The notes under the pieces were generated by a model that was not told the origin of the DNA, ran no database searches, and saw only the letters and a list, made by a program, of their open reading frames with translations. Positions 20,229-29,218 of a stretch of 64,000 nucleotides of DNA are shown here, in pieces. The translations under genes and the position numbers were made by a program. Origin of the DNA: a virus. Lineage: Duplodnaviria > Caudoviricetes. Where the stretch lies: positions 41,908-105,907 of IMG/VR virus record IMGVR_UViG_3300037455_000462; one strand, written 5' to 3'. How positions within the stretch are numbered: the stretch's first letter is position 1; the number at the start of each line of letters is the position of its first letter.

Positions 20229-21273
20229 TGATAAGTTTTTTTGCTATTTTCTTGATGTTCGATTTCACTTTGTCATCATATTCAAGCACATTGTCAACAT
20301 ACTTGTCAAGCATATCCTCTATGCTGACACACTCGCTCATACTGACTTTCGGCACATCTATAGTCAACGAACTTTTCTTCGGCACAAAATTGATGTTGTA
20401 AATGTCGGAGTTGTTGTTGATGTAGCCGTATATCTTGTGAAAACTCAATTTCGAAAGAAGGTCGGAATCAACGCAAATATCAATATACTTGCGTTTGCAG
20501 AACTCCTTGAATTCGCGAAGCGGAAGGTCTTTCACTTCCTCATAGTCAACTCTCTTGAACTCTGCCGACACGCCGTTCCTATAAAACTCTTCATCGCCGT
20601 TCTCTTTGACGCACATAACGCCTCTGTCGTTATCTCTGTCATTCTGCGACATCTGATATGGCGAACCCACATAGACTACGTTCTTGTAAGTCTGACGATG
20701 GTGTATGTGACCCGAATATATACGGCAGTCGAGTCGCGTGTCGTCCAAGTGGAGTTGGGATTCGGACTTGGTTCCAGAGGCGTTCATAGTGACACCGTTG
20801 AAATCGGCGTGGCAGACAACAATGTCGCAGTCATCCATACCGCAGAGCGTTTCGCTCAACAGACCGTTGTCGTTTATCCAAGGGACAAAGCCGACAACCT
20901 TGCCATTTGGCATAGCGATGCTTTTCGGCTCTTTGATTACACTGATGTTCGGTATATGCTTCAAGCAATCAATGGAAGTGATGTCGTTGCTGTCTTTTTC
21001 ATAGGCATCGTGGTTGCCGCAAAGCACATACACCTGCGAGAACATACGACCGAGTTTCTCGAAGATGTCCATAGTGAACGCCAACGTAGTAAGCCCGACC
21101 GTCTGTCTGTTGTCGAACACGTCCCCGCAATGTATGAGTATATCACCCTTGCGAGCCTTTTTCTCGAAAAGCGGGAACACGAATTTATCGAAGCATTCCC
21201 TAAAATGCTCCTCCCAAACTTTTGAATTGTTCTTTAATCCGAAATGCGTGTCGGAAATAAGCCAAATATTCAT
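20218..21273 (-). CDS. Recombination nuclease gp47/SbcD/Mre11-like
   Basis: SDTHFG, GDVFDNR, GNHD, SGHIH, YVGSPY. Confidence 0.9.
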   Translation of the reverse strand: MNIWLISDTHFGLKNNSKVWEEHFRECFDKFVFPLFEKKARKGDILIHCGDVFDNRQTVGLTTLAFTMDIFEKLGRMFSQVYVLCGNHDAYEKDSNDITSIDCLKHIPNISVIKEPKSIAMPNGKVVGFVPWINDNGLLSETLCGMDDCDIVVCHADFNGVTMNASGTKSESQLHLDDTRLDCRIYSGHIHHRQTYKNVVYVGSPYQMSQNDRDNDRGVMCVKENGDEEFYRNGVSAEFKRVDYEEVKDLPLREFKEFCKRKYIDICVDSDLLSKLSFHKIYGYINNNSDIYNINFVPKKSSLTIDVPKVSMSECVSIEDMLDKYVDNVLEYDDKVKSNIKKIAKKLINGQ

Positions 21274-21759
21274 TTAGAAAAGTTTTGACCACCCGTCATC
21301 GCAGACGAGCAGGTTGTTCAACAATGCTTTGTTTGTCGTGTATTTTGACAACTCCTCGTAGAGTTTCACTTTCGCGCCGTTTGGCAGGTCTTTGATTACG
21401 GAATCGTATTTGAGGTTGAAGTAGTCGCAATATATAAGCAATATATTACTCAACGTGGTTATGTTCTTAAACACCACATATATCCTCAAAAGGTTCATAG
21501 GTATGTCGGCGATTCCGAGTTTGCGGGAGTCAACATTGAATATGTCATTGCAGTCGCGAATGTCCATAGTCTTTATGTAATTCACAACGCTCTCCTCGAT
21601 TTCATCGACAACGCCGCCATAGTCGCTGACGGCGAACACATCCATATCCTCCGCCATAACACGCTTCATCGAAGATATGCTGTCCGATTCGGCAAAGGAA
21701 TCCTTGTCGTTGTTGTAGTAGATTCCGCGCAGTTTATTAACGTCAATTCTTTTTCCCAT
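21274..21759 (-). CDS. Hypothetical protein ending in KLF
   Basis: 161-aa ORF overlapping the end of the helicase N-half gene. Confidence 0.7.
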   Translation of the reverse strand: MGKRIDVNKLRGIYYNNDKDSFAESDSISSMKRVMAEDMDVFAVSDYGGVVDEIEESVVNYIKTMDIRDCNDIFNVDSRKLGIADIPMNLLRIYVVFKNITTLSNILLIYCDYFNLKYDSVIKDLPNGAKVKLYEELSKYTTNKALLNNLLVCDDGWSKLF

Positions 21760-21853
21760 TTTCTATCATTTTGAAAAACTCACCAATGGGTATCTTCATA
21801 GTTTCGCCCGTCCTTTTGTTGCGCACACAGATTTCCGATTCTCCGCAAACGCA
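21743..21853 (-). mobile_element. Atypically short split-intein N-fragment (36 aa)
   Basis: Cys1 directly after the P-loop Lys; intein block A pattern CxxGxSxI. Confidence 0.75.
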
Positions 21854-22441
21854 CTTACCAATATTGGACTGACCAACATAGCATACGAGTGTTTTCTCGT
21901 CATAGCCGCCCGTGATACCATCCATATATTTATAGCCGCTGCGGATTTTCTTGCTCGTGTCTTGGTAGTGCGAATCTGGCTCAAAGAAGTCCAATCCCTC
22001 GTCAAAATTGAAATTAACCCCGCTCGAAGAGCCAACCGTATCAACAATGCGCTGAACAACCGTGTCAACGTTGTCGATGTTGACATTCGTCATCTTGGCG
22101 AACTCAACACTGTCAACAAGATTCTTCTGCAAGAACTTCCACTTAATCCAAGACTCCGCCGTTTTCTTCAGCCACTCGCTGTCGTAGTTGTCCGTGTCTA
22201 TCGCGTAAACGGTTTCTATGAGTTCGTCTTCGATGTCAAGTTTGTCGCTATCGTGAACCAAAGCCTTCATTTGGTTCTCTGTCGGGACTTCCTTGTATTT
22301 GTCATAGAAACGCTTGGCAATGAGAATAAGGGCGGAGAGCGTCTTGTTGGAAAAGAAACTCTTGTCAACATTCTTGTAGTAAGTAGGGTTGTCCAAAATA
22401 TATTTGAACACCACGCTCTCATTAGTCGTCACTTTCTCCAT
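21743..22441 (-). CDS. Replicative helicase gp41/DnaB N-terminal half fused to a short split-intein N-fragment
   Basis: gp41-like N-terminus ending at Walker A GQSNIGK, then CVCGESEICVRNKRTGE...IPIGEFF and a stop. Confidence 0.8.
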   Translation of the reverse strand: MEKVTTNESVVFKYILDNPTYYKNVDKSFFSNKTLSALILIAKRFYDKYKEVPTENQMKALVHDSDKLDIEDELIETVYAIDTDNYDSEWLKKTAESWIKWKFLQKNLVDSVEFAKMTNVNIDNVDTVVQRIVDTVGSSSGVNFNFDEGLDFFEPDSHYQDTSKKIRSGYKYMDGITGGYDEKTLVCYVGQSNIGKCVCGESEICVRNKRTGETMKIPIGEFFKMIENGKKN

Positions 22442-22691
22442 CCCACGGTGTGTTTAATATTGTTATGTTATCGTCCTTGACTTTTATGTTACCGCGATTG
22501 ACAAGTTCCTGCATAAGTTCGGAGAGTATCTCATCATCCGCACTCACAACCTCGGACAACTTGCCGTACTTGAATTTCTGACCGCAATACACGACCATAT
22601 CATACAGCAGGTCATCCGAAGTCGGATAGGTGCTTTCATACTGATAAGTTCCCGTTATGTACTTGACGGGAACTTTGTTATAGTCAATCAT
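22422..22691 (-). CDS. Hypothetical protein
   Basis: 89-aa ORF between uvsX-C and the helicase gene. Confidence 0.65.
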   Translation of the reverse strand: MIDYNKVPVKYITGTYQYESTYPTSDDLLYDMVVYCGQKFKYGKLSEVVSADDEILSELMQELVNRGNIKVKDDNITILNTPWDGESDD

Positions 22692-23371
22692 TAGTTTTCA
22701 AGTTGTTCTTTGATGAGGGTGTCGGTGTCGATGTCATCGCCGTCACCGTCCTCATCCAAAATGGTTTCAATTTCGTCATTGTTCTTGCTGTCGCTGTAAG
22801 CGAATATGCCTTTGATTACGTTTTCGTCAAGGCGTTTAATCGCATCCTCGTTCCAAACTTTAGCGGAACACACCTCCGACCATTTGAACGGTTCTAACCG
22901 ATGGTCGGTGCAGATATACCTGCCGCTGTCTGACGGTTGGAAATAGACGTTCTCGTCAAGCGGGTGCTGACGGCATTTCTCCTTCTCGGCATCGCCGAGT
23001 TTGGCGTATTCCTTCGCCGTGATGAACTTTCCGCGACCGATACCGCAGGCATCCCAACTCATATACTCCTGCAAGCCGACAAATCGGTTCATACCTTTTT
23101 GGAACGAGATATGGAACTTCACGACAGTCGGTACGCAGAAGCGGTTTTTCTGCGGCTTGGCTGTGACAATGATACCCGTTTGGTCTGTGCCTTCCTTCAG
23201 TTTGGCTTTCGTCATATTGAGAATGATGGACGCGCCGTACACAACACCAGTGTTATGATTGATGACACCATTATCTGTGATGTAATGCTGAACTTCAGCA
23301 ACAGTCAAATCATTAACTTTCATACAAGAGCCTTCTTGTACACTTTTTACCTTTAATGTCTTTAATTGCAT
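22691..23371 (-). CDS. uvsX: Split-intein C-fragment (40 aa, 23252-23371) plus UvsX/RecA C-terminal half
   Basis: VNDLTV...HYITDNGVINHN then TGVVYGASII...KNRF. Confidence 0.9.
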   Translation of the reverse strand: MQLKTLKVKSVQEGSCMKVNDLTVAEVQHYITDNGVINHNTGVVYGASIILNMTKAKLKEGTDQTGIIVTAKPQKNRFCVPTVVKFHISFQKGMNRFVGLQEYMSWDACGIGRGKFITAKEYAKLGDAEKEKCRQHPLDENVYFQPSDSGRYICTDHRLEPFKWSEVCSAKVWNEDAIKRLDENVIKGIFAYSDSKNNDEIETILDEDGDGDDIDTDTLIKEQLEN

Positions 23372-24323
23372 ATTCTACTGCTTTTTTAATTGATTGTATG
23401 TTATTATTTTTTACATATAAATCGTTTACCCTTATTATTCCCAAAATATCATCGCGCACAGACATAATAACTTTATCTCTAATTTCGTCATATTCCATAT
23501 TATGCCAATATCCACCGTCATATTCCAATATGATAATACCATTATCGCATTTTATATACCCGTCACACACAATATACTGTTTATTATATACATCACACAA
23601 CATTGTATTTTGCACATTAATTCCAAAATGTAAATGTTTCACGTCAGATAAAAATGAAGACAAATTATCAAAAAACACATTCTCCTCCTTTGAAGAATAA
23701 GGTGTCCGCTCTCTCCAAAATTTATCTGGATTATCAATATATAACGCTTTTTTACTTTCAGACATTTTTTGAATATGTCTATAATACTCTTGTTCATCGG
23801 AATAACATTCTTTACAAGAACCGTTATATTTTCTAATAATCTTCTTGGATTCTTCTTCGCTAAAGCCAAGACCAATCCAATACGCAACAGACCAAACACT
23901 CATTTGGGATAACTCCTCGCGGCTATATTTTTGATTTTTAATTTCTGTAAACTTTTTTTGATAACCCGACACCATTTTAATAGCATCGTCTTCAGAATAC
24001 CCACGAGATATATAGTATTCAGCACATCGTTTACTATTTCTACGCTGTTGATATAGAATACGCCTTTTTATATCCGAAACATCATCCCATCCCATAGATT
24101 TCCAATAATCTATGGAAACAACACTTGAATTCTTACCATTACGCAATGACTTCATATATTTTGATATATTGTCATATACAGTCCTCATACGTTTTGTTTT
24201 TGATGTTTTGAATATATCATACAACAATTCTATGTGGTTTCTATTGTCTAAATTGACATTCGGGAATGAAACTGATATGTATTTTAAAAAATCGTTATAA
24301 TTTTTGATGTCATCGTATTTCAT
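23313..24323 (-). CDS. Free-standing homing endonuclease, Vsr/DUF559-like
   Basis: Repeated YW..G.S helices and C-terminal CDGY...ILEYDGGYWH; AT-rich; lies between the intein halves. Confidence 0.8.
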   Translation of the reverse strand: MKYDDIKNYNDFLKYISVSFPNVNLDNRNHIELLYDIFKTSKTKRMRTVYDNISKYMKSLRNGKNSSVVSIDYWKSMGWDDVSDIKRRILYQQRRNSKRCAEYYISRGYSEDDAIKMVSGYQKKFTEIKNQKYSREELSQMSVWSVAYWIGLGFSEEESKKIIRKYNGSCKECYSDEQEYYRHIQKMSESKKALYIDNPDKFWRERTPYSSKEENVFFDNLSSFLSDVKHLHFGINVQNTMLCDVYNKQYIVCDGYIKCDNGIIILEYDGGYWHNMEYDEIRDKVIMSVRDDILGIIRVNDLYVKNNNIQSIKKAVEYAIKDIKGKKCTRRLLYES

Positions 24324-24357
24324 TGTACTTTATTTTTAATATTTATAAAGTACAATG
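24321..24357 (-). promoter_or_regulatory. 13-bp hairpin covering the endonuclease start codon, overlapping a late promoter (24340-24347)
   Basis: CATTGTACTTTAT (24321-24333) / ATAAAGTACAATG (24345-24357). Confidence 0.8.
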
Positions 24358-24364
24358 CGGCGGA

Positions 24365-25345
24365 TTATTCATTAAAAATGAATTGTTTTACAATATCGCC
24401 GTTAATCAAATCTCTTGCATATACCCAATTAGAATCATCATTAACATCGTCAGTTTCTCCTCCAACATAAAAACGATGGTCTTCCGAGCAAGTTATGACA
24501 CTACCATCTTCAAACTCAATAGTATATGTGTTTTTTTCAAATTCCCAAGTTTTCAATATCTCCTTATTTCCGCATAATGTCATAACTTCATCACCAACTC
24601 GTATATCCTCAATGTTTTTATACAAACCATCGGACATCAAAACTTTTGAACCAGGTATCAAACATCCACCGCTCTGTATGTCCTGCGAATACAAGTCAAG
24701 GGTTTTGTATGTGTGGTTGGTGAACACGAAAGTCCCGCCGATGATTCCGAGTTTGGACATCATAATTCTGAACACGGACTTCATCATCTTGGCGCGGCTC
24801 ATATCAGCCTTGTCTGTGTAAGCCTTCGCATCGTCAATCTCTTTCTGCGAGGCAAGGTTGCCCGCGCTGTCAAGGGCTATGAAAAGTTTCGGAATCTCGT
24901 TGCCGTCCGATTTCTCCTCGATGAGTTTGTCAAGGATGTTTGTCACATTGCTTCTGAACTCTTGGATTGTCTGCACGGGTTCGTAGCGCATCATATCCAA
25001 GTCGATTCCGAAATTGGACGCAAGCGTGTCGTCAACGGCGTTCTCGCTGTCGTAGAATATGACGAAATATCCCATCTTCTGCGCCTCTCGGCACATATTG
25101 AGCAGAAGGTAGGTTTTGCCGACACCCGACTCACCAGACAGACAAACACTTCTGTTGTTCGGAACGCCTTTCAAAAGGCTTCCGCTCATACAAGCGTTGA
25201 GAATGTAGTTGCCCGTATGGATATACTCGGTGATTTTTGAAGTGCCTCCGCCCTCGGACAGAAGTGCGCCGAATTTGGAGTTCTTGTTCATTTCCTTGTT
25301 GAGGTCGGCGATTGAAAACACGCCGCCTTTTGACTGTTTTGCCAT
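24365..25345 (-). CDS. uvsX: UvsX/RecA N-terminal half plus split-intein N-fragment (99 aa, from 24664)
   Basis: GESGVGKT, YDSE, LDSAGNLAS, TNHTY, then SGG followed by CLIPGSKV...CSEDHRF. Confidence 0.92.
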   Translation of the reverse strand: MAKQSKGGVFSIADLNKEMNKNSKFGALLSEGGGTSKITEYIHTGNYILNACMSGSLLKGVPNNRSVCLSGESGVGKTYLLLNMCREAQKMGYFVIFYDSENAVDDTLASNFGIDLDMMRYEPVQTIQEFRSNVTNILDKLIEEKSDGNEIPKLFIALDSAGNLASQKEIDDAKAYTDKADMSRAKMMKSVFRIMMSKLGIIGGTFVFTNHTYKTLDLYSQDIQSGGCLIPGSKVLMSDGLYKNIEDIRVGDEVMTLCGNKEILKTWEFEKNTYTIEFEDGSVITCSEDHRFYVGGETDDVNDDSNWVYARDLINGDIVKQFIFNE

Positions 25346-25363
25346 AGTGATATGTATTTTGGT

Positions 25364-25684
25364 TTATAATAATTCCATTTCAGAATAATCATCGTCATCA
25401 TCGTCATCGGATTCAAATGCCTCGTCCGATTCAAAATCGACAATTTCATCCTCGTGAATGTCGCTGATATAGTCGCAAATGTAGCCATACAGTTCCATAA
25501 TGTACTCTTTGTCGCCGTCAACTGTGAACGTCTCTCTGTCCTTGCATTCGATATGCAGGCGGAAACGCTCCGAATCAAGAGCATTGTGTTGCAGTTCCTT
25601 GATATAAATGCGACCAAGGTCTTCATCCTTGAAATGCACGAGCATCCCGTGTGGTGCTTCCTCTGATACAATTCTAATCCACAT
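25364..25684 (-). CDS. Hypothetical protein with acidic tail
   Basis: 106-aa ORF behind the promoter motif at 25703. Confidence 0.65.
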   Translation of the reverse strand: MWIRIVSEEAPHGMLVHFKDEDLGRIYIKELQHNALDSERFRLHIECKDRETFTVDGDKEYIMELYGYICDYISDIHEDEIVDFESDEAFESDDDDDDDYSEMELL

Positions 25685-25729
25685 AATATTCCGTTTTTAC
25701 TAATATAATAAAAAAACACAAAAAATAAA

Positions 25730-26584
25730 TCAAAACAAGCCTTTTCGTGAGCATCCCTTCAGATACAGACTTTCCTTTACGATAGTGTCGTTCCTGCTTC
25801 CGAAAATCCTTGTGTAGGAACTGTTGCCGCTCAACACGTACTCGTGTCTGTCATAAAGGTATCTCGGAACTTCGTATGTATTGTCGTCATCCCCGTTTAT
25901 TCCGTTGAACGAAAGGGCGTATGGACATTTCAATTCAAACATCCAATTCCAAAGTTCCTCAAAGTCGATAGAACCGAAATACATCCCCTTTGTGTTCGCA
26001 TACGGCGGGTCAAGGTAAACAAAGTCATTTGCATTCGGCTTTATGTCACTATACGTGCAATTTATGAATTCAACGTCATTCTCATTCAAAAGAGAATTCC
26101 ACTCATACACAATGGTCGCGAGTTTATCGGGTTGTATGCCATCCCGTGTCGCGTGATATGTATTGTTGAAATTACCATCCTTGTTGAACCTCGGAACACC
26201 GTTTGTCGTTGTGCGCATAATGAACATAAAGTCAAGCGGGTCTTTTGTCTCGTTATAACGAGAACGAATACCAACGAAGTAATCTTTCTTTTCCTCTATA
26301 CTCTTTTTCTCGTGAATACCGCGCCACAATTCGCGGTAATGCTCAATCACATCGTAAGGTCTGTCCTTTATCGCGTTCCACAACTCGATAAGGCTTCCGT
26401 TCAAATCGCTGCACACATAGCGACCAACCTTGATTTTGCTCGAAAGCAGCCTGCGCAAAACACTCGCACCGCCGCAAAACGGCTCGTAGTATGTTTCTAT
26501 TTTCTTCGGGAAATATCCGATTATATATTCCGCTTGGCTGCGCTTGCTGCCGCTCCACTTGATTACGGGTTCAAACATTCTCAA
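25730..26584 (-). CDS. Dam/D12-class adenine DNA methyltransferase
   Basis: KWSGSK, EPFCGG, RFNKDGNFN, DPPY. Confidence 0.9.
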   Translation of the reverse strand: MRMFEPVIKWSGSKRSQAEYIIGYFPKKIETYYEPFCGGASVLRRLLSSKIKVGRYVCSDLNGSLIELWNAIKDRPYDVIEHYRELWRGIHEKKSIEEKKDYFVGIRSRYNETKDPLDFMFIMRTTTNGVPRFNKDGNFNNTYHATRDGIQPDKLATIVYEWNSLLNENDVEFINCTYSDIKPNANDFVYLDPPYANTKGMYFGSIDFEELWNWMFELKCPYALSFNGINGDDDNTYEVPRYLYDRHEYVLSGNSSYTRIFGSRNDTIVKESLYLKGCSRKGLF

Positions 26585-26596
26585 ATTACCCTTTCT

Positions 26597-27148
26597 CTAT
26601 TTTTCAACGTAGTTCAACTCAAACGATTCGTATGTCTTGAACATTCTGATTCCGTGGAAATCGTCCTGCTTCTTCAGCACGTTCTTCAACTCGGCGACAC
26701 ATTCCTCCGTTTTGGTATACTCTCGCCTTCTGACATAGTATTGCATATTTTCGATGCATTGGTTGCACTTGGCTACACAGTATTCCATCTCCTTCTTGAA
26801 CCCGCCGATGAGGATGAACGGCTTGAACTCGTCCTTGCCGAAGTATTCGTCCGCTTCTTTTCCGTTTTTGAAATCGACATCACCGTTGTCGTCAAACACT
26901 GCGACATTCGTGTTCTTATAGGTGTTCATAAATTGCAGAACCGCGCTTCTGAACTTTCCGTTTTTGAGCAGGTTCACGAAATGGTAGTAATGGGTATCCT
27001 CGAATTCCTCGATTCCCTCGACCATTCCGTTGATGTAATTTTTGAACTTCAGCGCGATTGCAATGCGTTTCTGCGCTTCAAGTTTGTCGTGATTGATTTC
27101 ACGCCAACTTTTTTTCAACACATAAAAAATAAACTTGATTCTTTCCAT
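26597..27148 (-). CDS. Hypothetical protein
   Basis: ORF; start placed at MERIKF just after the upstream gene's stop. Confidence 0.6.
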   Translation of the reverse strand: MERIKFIFYVLKKSWREINHDKLEAQKRIAIALKFKNYINGMVEGIEEFEDTHYYHFVNLLKNGKFRSAVLQFMNTYKNTNVAVFDDNGDVDFKNGKEADEYFGKDEFKPFILIGGFKKEMEYCVAKCNQCIENMQYYVRRREYTKTEECVAELKNVLKKQDDFHGIRMFKTYESFELNYVEK

Positions 27149-27149
27149 A

Positions 27150-27770
27150 TCATTTCTTTTTGTAGATTTCCAAAAATTCATCAACACTGATAACGTGCAT
27201 AATGTTCTTTCTGTCCGCAACCATCTCATCATAAGTAAGTTGGGATTTTTCGGGGAACACCAAATCCTGCGGGTTGTCGTGGTATTCGATTACACAGCAT
27301 CCGCAGTCGGTATCGACCGTGTTGAACTTGATGCCCTGCTTGTGGAGCATAGTTATCGCTTTCCACACGTCACCGTTCCAACCTCCGACCACTCTCGGCA
27401 CAAGTTGAGCCTCGTAGTTGAGCGGTATGCAGTCGTGTACAACAATGCGACCGCCCTTGTTCAGATGTTTGAGGCTGTTGATAATGTCCCTGCCCGCGAA
27501 TTCCTCCGTGTGCATACCGTCAACGAAAATGATGTCAAACTTCTGCTCGGTCTGCGCGAACAGTTCGTCAGAAGTCATACGCCAAGTGAGGCAAGGCGGA
27601 ATCATATCCTCGTTCTTTATCAAGTCGTTGAACTCCGTGAACGGGTCAACACAATACTTTTCCTCACATTCAACGAACACAAAGCAGCGTCCGTCATCCA
27701 AGCCGATTTCGAGATAACTCTTGTAACCGTTTTGCTTGATAAGATAATTGATAATATCAGTATGTTTCAT
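27150..27770 (-). CDS. Class I SAM methyltransferase (Methyltransf_24-like)
   Basis: YLEIG, FDIIFVDGMH, IVVHD, WNGDVWK. Confidence 0.85.
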   Translation of the reverse strand: MKHTDIINYLIKQNGYKSYLEIGLDDGRCFVFVECEEKYCVDPFTEFNDLIKNEDMIPPCLTWRMTSDELFAQTEQKFDIIFVDGMHTEEFAGRDIINSLKHLNKGGRIVVHDCIPLNYEAQLVPRVVGGWNGDVWKAITMLHKQGIKFNTVDTDCGCCVIEYHDNPQDLVFPEKSQLTYDEMVADRKNIMHVISVDEFLEIYKKK

Positions 27771-27838
27771 AAGAAAAAAATTTTACAATAGAATATAATA
27801 AAAAAATCCGAAATAATCAAACACCTATGCACATTTCT

Positions 27839-27846
27839 TATAAATA
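27839..27846 (+). promoter_or_regulatory. Late promoter TATAAATA
   Basis: Upstream of the plus-strand three-gene island starting at 27863. Confidence 0.7.
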
Positions 27847-27862
27847 TTAAAAATATTCAGCG

Positions 27863-28783
27863 ATGAAAATATACACAGTCACAGAACTCACAAGAATACT
27901 TGAAGGAAAAGAGGGTATATGCAACGGTATGACCCTTGACGAGATTTCCGACAAATACGAGAATTTCAAGGGAAGCGACAAATCAATGCTCCGCTCAATC
28001 TTGCAACTCCTTTCCGATATGGAATACACGGAGAACTATCTTGACGTGCTTAACGAACTGCTTTCCGACAAGCGTGTCCGCAACATTATGAAAAAAGGAT
28101 TCGGCGGTATTTGGGCTGATATGGACATAAGGGTTTCAACGGACACCACGGTTAGAACCGACATTGTAATCCCCACACAGAACGAGATTGATATGACGAA
28201 GAGCCTCAAATGGGGTCTCACCAACCACGGGAACACAATCGAGCATATCCACAAGAAATACCCTATGCTCAAAGGCACGCCAATCGTGACGTTCAACGGC
28301 AAATACATCATTGACGGACATCACAGATGGTCGCAGATATACTGTATGAACAAGGTTCGTGACGGAGAGCCGACAAAGTTCGCCGCAATCAATCTCGTGA
28401 ACAAGGACGTTGACCCCATCGACATTCTGAAAATCACACAGACAACGATAGGAGTGGACTTGCACCCAGAGGAAATTGTGCCGCACGTCACAACCGAAAA
28501 CCCGAAGAACAACCTTCTGAACAAGGCGTGCAGCGAGGAAATCCTTAAAGAGTACATCGAAAACAAGATTTCTGACGATACTGTAAGCCGTATGATTGAA
28601 TACCACAAGAAAGACGGTCTGAAAGACAAAAACAGCGTCATCGGTTTCATACTGAAGAACTCGCTCGAAATGAAAGAGAACAACAACTGCATAGACGATG
28701 CCCCGAATCGCGGTGCTATGCCGCAGACCGATGCGGACAAAAACCTCTTCAACCACATCAAAAAGACATCCGACATATCATAG
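27863..28783 (+). CDS. ParB/Srx-like domain protein
   Basis: PTQNEI and YIIDGHHRW motifs. Confidence 0.75.
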   Translation: MKIYTVTELTRILEGKEGICNGMTLDEISDKYENFKGSDKSMLRSILQLLSDMEYTENYLDVLNELLSDKRVRNIMKKGFGGIWADMDIRVSTDTTVRTDIVIPTQNEIDMTKSLKWGLTNHGNTIEHIHKKYPMLKGTPIVTFNGKYIIDGHHRWSQIYCMNKVRDGEPTKFAAINLVNKDVDPIDILKITQTTIGVDLHPEEIVPHVTTENPKNNLLNKACSEEILKEYIENKISDDTVSRMIEYHKKDGLKDKNSVIGFILKNSLEMKENNNCIDDAPNRGAMPQTDADKNLFNHIKKTSDIS

Positions 28784-28798
28784 AACACAACCGATAAT

Positions 28799-29212
28799 AT
28801 GGAACACATAAAAGACTATAAGTCGTTTATCGGGGAAAAGATGAACATCGCCCCTATGACAAAGGACAGACTCGACAGAATAAGCAAGGGCGAGGGGCTG
28901 TTCTACGTGTACAAGGACACGGACGGCGAATCGGTCTATGTGAGCGATTTCCCGTTGAGATGGGACGGCATAGAGGGAATCGGAAAATATAGGGATTTCA
29001 ACGATGCCGTGAAATCCATATCGAACTACGACACAGCGAACACGCTGTATTCCGCGAACATAGCGAATACAGTGATGGACACTTTCAAATACGACACACT
29101 TGACAAGATATATGAAAACGGAATCCGACTGTTCGACCCGAAGAAAAAAGACTTCGAGTCAGCCGTCTTGCCGACAATAACCGATGTTGTGAGATACATA
29201 TTAAAACATTGA
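28799..29212 (+). CDS. Putative head-packaged protein, single repeat unit
   Basis: KSFIGE-KMNIAPMTKDRL leader; domain homologous to the three units of the next gene. Confidence 0.7.
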   Translation: MEHIKDYKSFIGEKMNIAPMTKDRLDRISKGEGLFYVYKDTDGESVYVSDFPLRWDGIEGIGKYRDFNDAVKSISNYDTANTLYSANIANTVMDTFKYDTLDKIYENGIRLFDPKKKDFESAVLPTITDVVRYILKH

Positions 29213-29218
29213 CGGAAT

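Noticed and set aside
23252-24664. Group I intron in uvsX
   Set aside because: Both flanks carry clear intein motifs (Cys1, block B His, terminal HN) and the C-half has its own start; I saw no intron core.
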